Shown: piece by piece, positions 25,251 through 38,009 of the stretch
Layout of the letters: each line of letters opens with the position of its first letter
Position numbering within the stretch: position 1 is the stretch's first letter
NCBI GenBank assembly: GCA_964016885.1
Contig: OZ024745.1
Location: forward strand, 74,710,001 to 74,774,000
Length of the DNA: 64,000 bases
Source: Eledone cirrhosa
Lineage: Eukaryota
Direction of reading: 5' to 3'
Translations under genes and position numbers: made by a program
Notes under the pieces: generated by a model
Database searches by the model: none
What the model saw: only the letters and a program-made list of their open reading frames with translations
Told to the model about the DNA's origin: nothing

Positions 25251-26799
25251 TCTTCAACAGATTGATGGTCGTTTTTGTTTATTTTTCCCTTTTTTAATAT
25301 TTTTTTCTTTCTCTTGCTTTGATATATTTTGGTGCATTGTTTTGGTAAGGTTCCTAGTAATAATTAATTGTATTTATTATGTGTTTATGTTTTCATTCTG
25401 AAAGAATTGAGAACAATTTGTAATGTTATTTATACAATTGTGAATAAAAATATATCTATAAAAAACTAATCCAGGTTTAATATATTTTTGCATGACTGGA
25501 ATGAGCCTGGATTTATCAGGCTTATTGCCATCTAAATTTACCACAAACCAACGTTTACTGATTCATTTCACTCACAAATATGCCTCATAATCTGACCTGT
25601 CTTATATTTGTGATGAACTACTAGTATTTCATCAAGTCTTTTATCTTTAAAAGGTAGAGTGTGTGATTGAATAAATGCAGGGTTAAGAATATCCCTATTT
25701 ATGTGGTTAATATTGAACAATGTGAAGTGGAAATGAGAATCTGATACACCCCAAGCTACCCCTACTTGTGGGCAGTGTGGTACAGAGAATCTGAGAGAAG
25801 AAAGTGAGTGGAGTGATTTGGATGAGAAGAGGGCACAATATAATTGATAGGATGATTAAGTGTGTAAGAGAAGGTTTGTAGTAGGGCAGCAGATTAATAG
25901 ACTTAAGAGAGGTTTATAGGGTGTCCTGATTGCCACAGTAGACAGGTCTTTTTCAGCATCATGCTCTTTTGTTGTTTCTACTGTGGGGGTTCAGTTCCAT
26001 GAGGTCAGCTTTCACCATTTTGTCCTAGGTCTACCTATTCCACATGTACCATCAACTTTAAGAGTTGGGCACTTCTTTATACAACTGACATCCTCCATAT
26101 ACATCCCACTTACAAATCAGTGTATACTACAATTGATCCCTAATATACCTACCTTCCTCTTACCTCATCCAGGTTTGAGCAGGCTCTTGTGTCTGGCCCA
26201 TTATATGGCAACCAAATTCACACATAAGACATTGGTCAGCCCAAAGCTATAGCAGGAAGTATTTAAATACTTGTCCAAGGTTTTATACTGTATCATTGAA
26301 CTTGAAAACAAACTTTTTAGCCCCACAGCCATTTTGTTGAATAGAAACTGGCTCTATTTATAACTTAAAGAGATCTTGATTTATAACTTTCCCAGATCTT
26401 GATACATCTAAGGGAGTTAAAGCAATCCAGTAGCTTGGTTTTACTGACAGTGGTCATATTGCTTCATTGATTGACCAGTTAAAGATATCAATGGTCTGTT
26501 TCTAGTTTGGCAACAGAGTGAAGAAAACCTGGCTGGAAGTGCCAGAGGGTTTGGAAAGGGGGTGGCTTGAGTGTGTCAGCTGAGTGGAGTGACTCGGGGT
26601 TGAAGAGGTTGCATACCATGTATCATATGGGAGTGGAAAAAAAAACCTGTTCCTAACCAGAAAAGTTGATTCTGATGTTACCAGACAGAGTGTCTAGCAA
26701 GTGCTCAGGAGTTGTGACATTGTTTTATAGTTCCAAAAATGGCTTTAAAAATGGTTGACAAAAGAATGATTTTTCATGGCAGAATGTTTGTGTCTTCTA

Positions 26800-27120
26800 T
26801 GAACGAACATTAACAAAAAGAAATATAATAATACAATGCTTACAGAACGAAAGCACAAACAAATATAATATAAAGGAAAGGGAAAGGGGGGAGGCATAGA
26901 AACGGTTAGCACACACATCTGGGACCACATACAACAAAAAGGCAGGCGAAAGGGGTGGACAACCGAGCCGCTACCAGAGTAAAAAATAACAGAATCGAGA
27001 GTAGCACTGGGAAAGTTCTCAAATGATTTTTTAGGCAAGCCAGAACGCTCGCGGCGTTACTTCGGGTGATGGCGAGGCTGATGCCCTGGAACAACCAAGC
27101 GCCCTCACGAGCTTCACCAG
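26800..27120 (-). mobile_element. CRE-clade 3' fragment
   Basis: LFQGISLAITRSNAASVLACL followed by a 3' UTR similar to 21530-21620. Confidence 0.72.
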
Positions 27121-27174
27121 TTTAAAATCAGAAACAATTTTTTTTATTTAAGGAGTTCATGACTTAAGTGATTT

Positions 27175-27288
27175 CTGAAAGTATGACACCGGAAAGTATG
27201 ACACCGGAATCATTCTCCTAGTGGAGAAACATGTTAAAGACACCACTTACATTGTAGTATTGACTGCAGATAGTTTAAATATACAATG
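27175..27288 (+). promoter_or_regulatory. Putative non-coding exon 1 / core promoter of ZF-2
   Basis: Conserved block with donor ATG|GTAAGG at 27289 and a 15-bp direct repeat GAAAGTATGACACCG (x2). Matching acceptor TTTGCAG at 30913-30919. Confidence 0.6.
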
Positions 27289-28179
27289 GTAAGGTTACAC
27301 TACTGTTTATGTATGTTATGGTGAACGTTAATGTTCATAGTTATATCATGTTATGGAGAATATTCATGTTTTTAATTATATCAAGGTCAGGTCAACATTA
27401 ATGTTTATAGTTATATTGTTATAGTGAACGTTAATAGTTATAGTTAGGCAAAATTTAATGTTTCATGCTTGGTATTCTATTACCATCATCATTTAGCACC
27501 TGCTTTCCATACTAGCATAAGTTGGATGTGTTGTCACATTTCGAGACTAAACGAGTCAGAAAGGCATCATGTTCGCCATACATCCCATCTTTGGCGTAAT
27601 TTCTATGGCTCGATGCCATTCCTAATGCCAGCCACCTTATTGATTGTACAGGGTATCTTCGCACTTCACAGAGTATATTGGATATATTTTATCATGGTAC
27701 TAACATTAGTACTCTACAGATTTTATTAGATGAGTTTTATTGCAGCACTAGCACTAGAGATTGTTTTGATGAGATGCTGTTTGGCTTTATGTCAGAGAGA
27801 TACACTACAGATGACATCTACCTAGTTAGACAGTTGCAGGATAACTATTTAGCTAAGAACAAGTTCCTATACATTTTAATGACTCTGTTCAAACGACACC
27901 CACTTTACAGATTGTAACAGGTGTATTTTATCGTAGCACCAACACTATATTTCTTGTTAAGTACTCCACATCACGAGAGGGTCCTCTCTAGTTGACTTCC
28001 TTTATCCAACTAGCACTATACGAAAGTATGGGTGGATGCTAAGTACGTTCCATTATGACTACCACTAAAGTTGTAGTCTCGTCCAATGTAGATTAAAGGC
28101 CCCTCTCCGTTCCTTGTAGTCCCTGGTCTCTTCTCACTGTTACTTTCATCGTCGCAATGCTTGTGTTGATGATTAAGTC

Positions 28180-30720
28180 TTTTGTTAATATTGCATATCG
28201 CCAGTCCACTCGGTGCTGTCTCATCCATTTGTGAAGTTCAGTTTCTTGAGGTCATTCTTCACAACATGTCCCATGTCTTCCACAGGTTCTGTTTACTTGA
28301 AACACACAGCACTTTTAAAATAAAATTGTTGTCTCTCTTTTAATCGGTCTTTCTCTTAGTTTACTCGTGCTTTCTCGCTGTCGTGTAGCATTACAGTTAT
28401 ATAATCTGCATTTCATTTTAAGAGAGACACTTTGTTGCCAACAGAGGCCACAGATCTCTAAACTTCTTCTACCTTGTTCTCACTCTGGCTACAAAACGTT
28501 CGATACCCCCTTCATTCTCCCTTACTAATGAAGTCACCGAGATAGTGAATGTTTTCTACTACTTCGAGTGAGCTTTCTGAACACTTGAGAGATTTTATTT
28601 CACGAGAAACCTTATTGTTGGCTACACCTGTGCACTTGTTACATGTGAAGTTTGTGATCCCACTTCATCTCCTGTGTATCCACTGTCCTTTTAAGGTACA
28701 CAATATAGAGGTTCTACCTACTCTTTTCCATCATATTTGGCATAGTTATTTTCTTGATGGTAACAGTCCCATTTTCTTACCTACGTACTAAAACTTTAGC
28801 TTTTGCTAGGTTTACTTTAAGATGCCTTCATTCCCAATTTTACTTGATTGTCAGGAACTTCAATTGTTTTGTGGATTCTGCTACACCATCACCATTCAGG
28901 AGTTCCTGCAGCCAACCAGTCTTGGCATTCTGTTATGGCCTGCAGGACTATAATAAAAAGTAGAGGGCTGAGAACTAAGCTTTGGTGGACTCTTATCTGT
29001 AGATTATTTTCATCATTGTATTCATTATTAACTCTCATCTTGCAGGTTGCATCCCTATAAATAGTTTGTACTCATCCAACAGATCATTAAAGCTGTATAT
29101 TGCTATAGTGCAGCCACACAACAACAACCTTGAGCACCTTTTTGATTTCCATGTGTCTAACACATGTGGGCATGCCTACAAAGTCAGAAAACAGCACAGC
29201 TTCCATGACTTTCAGAAACATTTTTTTCATGCTCAGAGTTGCTCAAGCATGTAACAAACTACCTGCAACAGTTGTTAGCTGCTGAGACACAGCATCCTTT
29301 AAAACCTCCATGCTTCCTGAAATTCGCCAACACTACACCTGATATCCCCCCTCCATACACACGCACACATGTATATCATGACTCATACACTGTTCACTTT
29401 CTGACATTTGTACATTATTCTATGTACTATACATGCACCTTTGATGAGTTGTAGTGCACCTGAGCACTATACACAATAATTTCATTATTCATTCTTCTAT
29501 CATTAACTTCCTAAGCACCCAATAGATTACAGAGAATGGAATTCTACCAAAGGTTCTTTTCAATTTGCAGAATGCTAAGTATAGGAACTTCTTAGCTAAA
29601 TACTTATTCTGCAGTTATCTAACTAGGTAGATTTCATCTGTTGTGTATTTCTCTGGTATAAAGCCAAACATCTGATCAACATTAATTCTATCGCTAATCA
29701 GCTTTGCCATCATTCCTTTGGTAAACTTTATAACCAGATCCAACAGCATGATACTACTAAATTAGTCATTGAGTATGACACCTTTCCTGATTTACTTTGG
29801 ATAGTTTAATCATCTCAGCAACAATCCTTGATGTACCAGCTGCCTTCCCTACCTTCATATCCTTAATCATCTTATCTGACATCCTGCTGTCAAATTTGAG
29901 GGCTGATCCCTCAGTTGATTTTAGTTGGGAGAGCCGCTTCATTTACCAGCCTCATAGTGACATATCTTTCAGTTAGGTCTACTTGGTATAGACTCCTCAT
30001 TTAGCAGCCTCACATAGTGACATTTCTCTCAGTTAGGTCTAGTTAAGATAGACTCATTTACCAGTCTCATATAGTGACATATCTCTCAGTTATGTCTACT
30101 TGGTATAGATTCCTCATTTACTAGGCTCATATCCATGTATCTTTCATTTAGGTGTCAATAAAAGTAAGTGTGCTGCTGTCATTTCATATTGACTTCTCAC
30201 CTTTAATGTCATGGTTTTGTCTTGTGTACAGTCTTGCAATCTGAAATATTTTCTTTCCTCTGATTCTCATGCTATAGGAAATTAGCAAAGCTCTTACTCT
30301 CTGTTTACTATCTTTCTAAGTTGACCTGACATGTAGCTTCTCTTCTATGTAATTAGTATTGTTCAATGCTATCACCAACTTCCAATTTTCAAAGTCTGTC
30401 TCTTAGCCTTTATAGCCCTATCTACAGTACTATTCTACCACCCTATCACTTTCTGTCTGATCGGTATCCTGCTCCATCTACAAATCTCACATGTGGCTCT
30501 CAATAAGTTGTTAGATAGGAGTTTCCACTGTGTTATAGCTCTTTATTTATTCATTGTCCTTGTCGAGAGGTTTATCAAGTATGTCTCTAAACCTGACAGT
30601 GTTTGATGGCTCTTTAAGCTTACATATCCTCTTCTTCATGATTATATGTATTTCTTCAAAAACTAGGCTACATTATGAATTGGTTTCATCTTATTTTACA
30701 GGAGAGGGAAATAAATTTTA
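28180..30720 (-). mobile_element. Ancient RTE LINE (mirror of 16321-19720) containing the 61-bp minisatellite at ~29930-30135
   Basis: Reverse-complement match, e.g. 30361-30430 versus 16321-16390. Confidence 0.75.
29088..29492 (+). mobile_element. Short CR1/L2-group 3' fragment with internal deletion
   Basis: Matches 10090-10690. Absent from the mirror arm at ~19000. Confidence 0.85.
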
Positions 30721-31271
30721 ATCACCAGTAAATGAGCTAATATTTACACAAAGAGAACCTACTATTTAAATTACTCTCACAGCCAGTACATTGCTGATTA
30801 TTCTATTGATACTAAACATATTTATAAGAGTACATGTACATTCACACACACATATATATATACAGATTATGTTTTTCAGACATCTATCTTATACTGTCAT
30901 ATATTTTCTGACTTTGCAGTTCTGGTAACTGATCCTTCCATTACACAATCTATTATAGAAGACCTTCAATATCACCAGAACCTCTGCTACCAGTCACTTA
31001 TAAAACTTCTATATTAATTTAACTTACATAGCATCCACTCACCGTATTAACATTTCATAAATTAGAAATAGAAGTCATTTTGTCAACAAGATTATATTGG
31101 TTGTATGTGCAAGACTCAGTCATCAACAAACATTCTTGTAGTAAGAAGGAATAATATCCACATTGGATAATTTCCACAGATATAAAGAGAGTCCCATGAT
31201 GTCCAAGACAAAAATAGAGCCATAATTGATTCATTCTTTTAGACAATTCCCAGCTTTTAAGAAATCCTCAT

Positions 31272-32588
31272 ATGGATGAAGTTAATCACTTTGATAATTC
31301 TAATGAAACAGTTTATAACAATATAGATACAGTTACAGAGACATACAATGATGTGAAACCTTTATGTAGTGAAACATTTACAGAACAAATATCAGTACTG
31401 AGAAAGAGTGAATATCACTGTGAGATTTGTAGTAAAACATTCTCTTCAGAAGATGAAGTTATCACACACAAAAAAATGCACACAAGGAAAAAGCTGTACC
31501 ATTGTAAAAAATGTCCAAAATCATTTATCAATAACAATCAACTAAAAATACATAAAGGAATGCACACTGGAAAAAAGTTGTTACAATGTGAAATATGTGG
31601 GAAAACGTTCATTAGAAATTCTAGGCTTATAATCCACAAGAGAACGCACACTGGAGAAAAACCCTATCATTGTGAACAGTGTGGAAAATATTTTGCCACT
31701 AAGAACATTTTGACAACTCACAAAAGAGTGCATCTTGGAGAAAGACCCTATCATTGTGAAATATGTGGGAAATCTTATGTCCGTAACCAAAACTTAACAC
31801 AACACAAAAAACTCCACACTGGAGAAAATCTTTACCATTGTGAAATATGTGGGAAATCTTATGTTAATAATTCATATCTTGTTATCCATATTCGTAGTCA
31901 TACAGGAGAAAAACCTTATCATTGTGAAATATGTGGGACATCTTTTGTTTGTAAGGGTGGGTTGACAGTACACCAAAATATACATACTAGGGAAAATCTC
32001 TACCACTGTGAAATCTGTGGAAAATCTTTTGTTTCTAAAAGTACTTCAACCTCACACAAAAGAACACACACTGGAGAAAAACTCTATTATTGTGAGATTT
32101 GTGGGATGTCTTTTATCTCTAACAGTAGTTTAACCTTACACAGAAGAACACACACTGGAGAAAAACTCTACCACTGTGAAATATGTGAAAAATCCTTCAC
32201 TCAGAATTCTAATCTAATTGTCCACATACGTGGACACACTGGAGAAAAAGACTATCATTGTGAAATATGTGGAAAATCTTTTATCACTAACAGTCACTTA
32301 AAAGCACATAATAAATTACACACTGGAGAAAAAGTCTGTTGTGAAATCTGTGGAAAATCTTTTGTCTATTCCTGTCATTTAACTATGCATAAAAGAATAC
32401 ATACAGGGGAAAAACCATTTCACTGTGAAATATGTGGGAAATCTTTCACTGAAAATACCAAACTTAAAATCCATGAAAGAACACACACTGGAGAAAAACC
32501 ATATTGTTGTCAAATATGCATGAAATCCTTTTCCGATAAAAGTAATTTTACAAAACATAAAAAAACACACAATGGAAATAAACTGTGA
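31272..32588 (+). CDS. ZF-2: C2H2 zinc-finger protein, 438 aa, ~14 fingers
   Basis: Intact ORF with the same N-terminus as ZF-1. It ends by frameshift in a linker (HNGNKL*), and fossil fingers continue at 32585-32612 and 33908-34050. Confidence 0.9.
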   Translation: MDEVNHFDNSNETVYNNIDTVTETYNDVKPLCSETFTEQISVLRKSEYHCEICSKTFSSEDEVITHKKMHTRKKLYHCKKCPKSFINNNQLKIHKGMHTGKKLLQCEICGKTFIRNSRLIIHKRTHTGEKPYHCEQCGKYFATKNILTTHKRVHLGERPYHCEICGKSYVRNQNLTQHKKLHTGENLYHCEICGKSYVNNSYLVIHIRSHTGEKPYHCEICGTSFVCKGGLTVHQNIHTRENLYHCEICGKSFVSKSTSTSHKRTHTGEKLYYCEICGMSFISNSSLTLHRRTHTGEKLYHCEICEKSFTQNSNLIVHIRGHTGEKDYHCEICGKSFITNSHLKAHNKLHTGEKVCCEICGKSFVYSCHLTMHKRIHTGEKPFHCEICGKSFTENTKLKIHERTHTGEKPYCCQICMKSFSDKSNFTKHKKTHNGNKL

Positions 32589-32613
32589 AATATGTGGGAA
32601 GACTTTTATTTAT

Positions 32614-33907
32614 AACTAGCAGTGGTACCCGGTGTTGCACGGAATAAGGTATTTTGGAACGCGGGTCGCCAACAGACCTAATCGTGGAAAAACTGCATGC
32701 CTCGACAATATGTAAAGAAAATAAACTGAATACTCTGATGGCTGAATAATCTTTAAGATTTTCCTCGATGAAGCAGGAAAAATGCAGGTTTTTACCTAAT
32801 GCAGGCCCTAGGGCATAAAGAAAATGAATTTTTTTTATGTGCATAATATGCCTTGAAATTTCGGGAAAACTGGCCTAAAAAAAGCCCTAAAAAGCTGAAA
32901 AAAAGTTGGATTTTCTTTGCTCACGGTATGAAGAAGAGACTGACTAATACATAGTTACAATTTCAAGGAAATCGGTGTCACGTAACGCCTCAAAATACCC
33001 CCCTCTGCGTCCAGAACGCGCCCTTATAATATCTGGTTGTCTGCTGCCTCCGGTTATTCTGCCACCCTTGCTCAAGACAAATTTCACACTCATTCTCCAA
33101 ACAGTTGGTAAGTGCACACAACTTCTTCCTCATGTTTAAAGCCACAGTGTTGCTTACTTACGTACCACCAGACCCTTACTTCTTTGCCAGCCGTGGTTGT
33201 GGCAATACTAAGCTTAGCTAAGGTGGTTATATATTTCACACAACATTAAAAATGAAAGCCAGTAACTATGTATTAGTCAGTCTCTTCTTCATACCGTGAG
33301 CAAAGAAAATCCAACTTTTAGTGGAGCAAATGAAATAAAGTCGATCCTGCTGCGATTCAAAAATCAGGTTTGCAGTTTATATATTTCGCACAACACTAAA
33401 AATTAAAGCTGGTAAAGAAAAACATTGCTATAATAGCTTCAGTTTTCACAGTCTTGTTTACTTACGTGCCTTTACGAGAACAAAAGTTACTATTTTACCA
33501 CTTAGTATTGTAGAAAACCGACTGTTTTCAAACTTTACACATGTAATACTTATGTTTCAGGGAGTGTTCTAAGCCAAAAAAATTTCAAATTTTCAATGCC
33601 CTAGGAACCACATTAGGCGATTTAGCGATCTCTCTCTGTAATACAGACAGATATTATAAGGGTGCGACGTTATATGTATGTATCTATCTAAAAAGAAAAA
33701 GACTAAGAATTATAGTAAGAGATCGCTAAATCGCCTAATGCGGTCCCTAGGGCATTGAAAATTTGAAATTTTTTTTGCTCAGAACACTCCCTGAAACATA
33801 AGTATTGCATGTGTAAAGTTTGTAAACAGTCCGGTGGGTGCTTCTCGAGTTTTAGGGATTCAAACTCACACACACACACAGACATCCTCAGTTTTATATA
33901 TATAGAT
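32614..33907 (+). mobile_element. Non-autonomous Helentron/DINE-like element with two internal inverted repeats
   Basis: Starts ACTAGCAGTGGTACCCGGTGTTGCACGG and ends (CA)n..TTTTATATATATAGAT. It interrupts a fossil finger with no obvious TSD. The class call rests on remembered terminal motifs only. Confidence 0.55.
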
Positions 33908-34739
33908 TATCACTTAAAACAACACAGAAGAATGCATACTGAAGACAAAAATTGTGAAATAGGTGAAAAATCTTTTTATCATAATTCTACTTTAATCAGA
34001 CATAAAATACATTCTGTAGAAAATATTTGTCAGATATGTGCAAAATCGAAGTCTCCCATCAGGATATATGACTCAGTCTTAACTCCAACACTGCAGTGAC
34101 TTCATCAAGGAAGAATCTGTTTTCGGGCTCCTTGTTTGGTGCATAAACTTGCACAACCCACAGAGGCCTATCTCAGCCTAAGCTTCAAGGGGCAAAGCCT
34201 CCCTCCTAATGGAATCCAGTACATAACACATTCTGACAGCTGGGGGCTTGTGACTATCCCCACTCGTGCCTGTGCTATCATTTCTGGCACCACACCAAAG
34301 ATATGTGATAAGTAATAGACCTCTAAAAATCAAATTCAATTGAAGAGCTCTCAATTCTCTATGGATTGGATTGGACTGGTGTGCACAAAATGTGGTAGGA
34401 TAGGATTTGATAGGGTGAAGTGTATAAATGAGGGGTGACCTCCAACTCTGGTGAGAACAGCTACTAATGGGTTATAACTGATATATCAGCGTTTTAGAGG
34501 GGACGAGGATATCTTAGATGGAGTGTGGTCGGTAGGATTTAAACAGGGTAAAGTTGATCCTGGGTAGACTAGTCTCATCTTCTGAGATTTCTCTACACTT
34601 CATTATACAGTTGTCATCTTCCATATTCATAACATGATCATACAAGTGCAGTCTTCTCTGTTGTACACTACATCCAATTCCTCTAATGCCAAATGAGATA
34701 TGTAAGAGGCAGTATGTGGATGGCTGAGGTTAGGTCATG

Positions 34740-35945
34740 TCTTTTTCTGATAAGCAGCTCTTCACTAGCACAGCATGTCGCAAATCCTTGCAGTCTTTAG
34801 CTATCTCTAATGTGAGGTTTAGCTTCTTAAGTTTGGTCCTTTGTACTGCATCCCATGTCTTCTTGAGTCTATCTCTTCCACAAGTCTCATCTACTGAGAT
34901 TTCTCTGCTTTATACAGCTGTCATCTTCCATATTCATAACATGATCATACAAATGCAGTCTTCTCTGTTGTAGATCCAATTCTTTTAACGCCAAGTTTTT
35001 CCTCTCAGCTCACTTATGTTATGTTGTTTTTGCATACTAAAACTACACATCAATCAAAACACACTTGCTTCATTTCTTTCTAGTCTTCCCAGGTTTTCTG
35101 CAGTCAGGGCCCATGTCTCCCTGCTATGTAGCATTATAGTTCACATGCAAGCATCATACAGTCTACCCATCACTCTGATAGAGAAGCCCTTTCTTCTCAC
35201 TAGAGATACCAAAAACCTCTACCAGCCTGTTACCCTGCCTATTAAACTTTCGAAGCATTCTCCTCGACTGCTGATTAAGTTCTCAAGGTAAGAAAAGGTT
35301 TCAACAACTTATGATCATGTTGTGAGAGCCTCCCTGCAACTGGTGGACACCCACCTGTGCTTCATATTTGTCACTGTACTCATTGTCAACTCTCACCTTA
35401 CTGGTTGCACCTCTTTACAGGGCTTGCATTGCCCTCATAAGCCATTCTCTGGCAGCCCAAAGAGGAAGAGGCCAAGACCACTTGTCCTGTTTATGTAATG
35501 TCACTCAGCACCCCTCCTTCCAGCAAGGGCTTCAGTAACAACATGGAGCCCTATAGTTCTGGCAAGCCCCCACCCTCCATCTTCTAACTCTAATAATTTG
35601 TGCTATAACTCTTTCTCTAATTTTTATGCCTCTGTAATGACCTCTCTCTAGTGCATCCCCTTTACCCTTGTAGCAGTTCACAATGATACAGCTGCAGCAG
35701 TATCTCACCATCTTTTCATTATTTTTATGCTGTCCATAAAGAAATGTCAGTACCTATGCAAATGGCATCAGATGTGGAGTGAATATGCAGAGAAATCTTA
35801 GTGGATGGGACATGTGGAAGAGTTAGATCTAAAAAGACATAGGATGAAATAGTTAAGACCAAACTTATGAAGCTGAATCTCATAATAGAGATGACAAAGG
35901 ACCATGAAGATTGGTGACATGAAGCACTGGAGAAGTCTGTTGGTA
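34740..35945. mobile_element. Patchwork of old RTE fragments (both strands)
   Basis: Degenerate RLYDAC..LHS.ETW and C-terminal KTWD..KLNL..MTKD..W motifs. Confidence 0.6.
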
Positions 35946-37338
35946 TAAAATAACAGAAACTTATTTCAAATTTAATCAGTGAAATTTGTGAGATAATATT
36001 GACATTTATTTGTAAATCAATCTTATTTTAATAAAAATCTTATAAACTAATATTTGTTGATTAGTATTTTCTGGGCAAGATAATGTCTATTTTTAAAATT
36101 TCATTCACCTCTGTAAATATTTTAAAGGTGTAAAGTTTATAAATAAATATTTTGTTTGTTTAATAAAATTTATCTCATCATTGTTGTCATGTTTTTATGT
36201 TGACATTTCCAAAACATGGGTTGTACGGTACATTTTGTGCTGGTATTTTATGTACACCAGCATCTTCATTTTTATGTTCTAGTTTTAAGTAAAGTACTGA
36301 TCTCACATTTCAAGAGGTTAACCCTTTAGCATTTACATTACTCTATATATAATATTATATGTTCATGGTAAAGGCTTTACCTCGCATAATTATCTCACAT
36401 AATATCGAATCTATGAGATTTTGAAAGTATTTATTTTGAGAACAATACCTTAACATCAGTTTCAGCGACCGGTTACAGCCAGTTTCAACAGAAAGAGGTA
36501 GAGAATTCTGGCTGGTTTGAACATTAAAGTGTTAAGCTGTGAGACATCATTTATGCTCTTAAAGAAATGTCATCACTTGTGCAAATGTCATTAGATATAC
36601 AATGAATACTCACACACAAATCTCAATGGATGGGACTCGTAGAAGACATATGATAAAGTTGTGAAGACTGATCTTAGGAAACTGAATTTAATGTTAGTGA
36701 TGAGGATTAGCAAAATGTGGTACTGGAGAAGACTTACCTGTCAGCATAAAAATAACCTGAACTTCCTCCCCAACTGTTTCTACTTAGAACTTATTCGAAC
36801 CTTCACTGTACACACGACTCTCTACCCAGGATCACCACCTCATAACCAACAATCTCCCTAATGCTGATTCCATAATGAAATGCTCCTAACACAATCTGTA
36901 AAGTGGTTGGTGTTAAGAAGGGCTTCCAGCCATAGAAAATATGCCAAAAGGGCTAAGAGTACCCTTCACTCACAACACTATACCCTCTGTAAGGTTGTTT
37001 GTGATAGGAAAGACACCCACCTATAGAAACCATGCTCCAAAAAAAAGGGACAAGAGAACTCTTTAGTTGTGTCAAGGGCACAACAACTTGTCTAGTTTTG
37101 GTGATTTACAAAATAAACACACCTGATAGACTCTGATGACTATTTATAACTTAAACAAATCTTTAAATAGTATCTCCCACAGCTTGATATATCTGAGGGA
37201 GTAAGAGCAATCTAGTAGCTTGGTTTTACTGACAATGGTCATATTGCTTCATTGATTGACCAATTAAAGATATCAATGGTCTGTTGCCAGTTTGTCTACA
37301 GAATGTTGAATCTCATTAGTTTGTTGTCTTTTATCTCA

Positions 37339-38009
<671 letters not shown>

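Noticed and set aside
26390-26515. Block recurring at ~37180-37300 and ~44360-44480 as a ZF-specific regulatory element
   Set aside because: Orientation and position relative to the genes are inconsistent. It is more likely a dispersed repeat fragment.
27175-27400. Exon-1 block as a spliced-leader RNA gene (suggested by the GTAAG donor and adjacent CRE elements)
   Set aside because: No Sm-binding site is visible after the donor, the copies are too divergent for an SL exon, and each intact copy has a matching cis acceptor.
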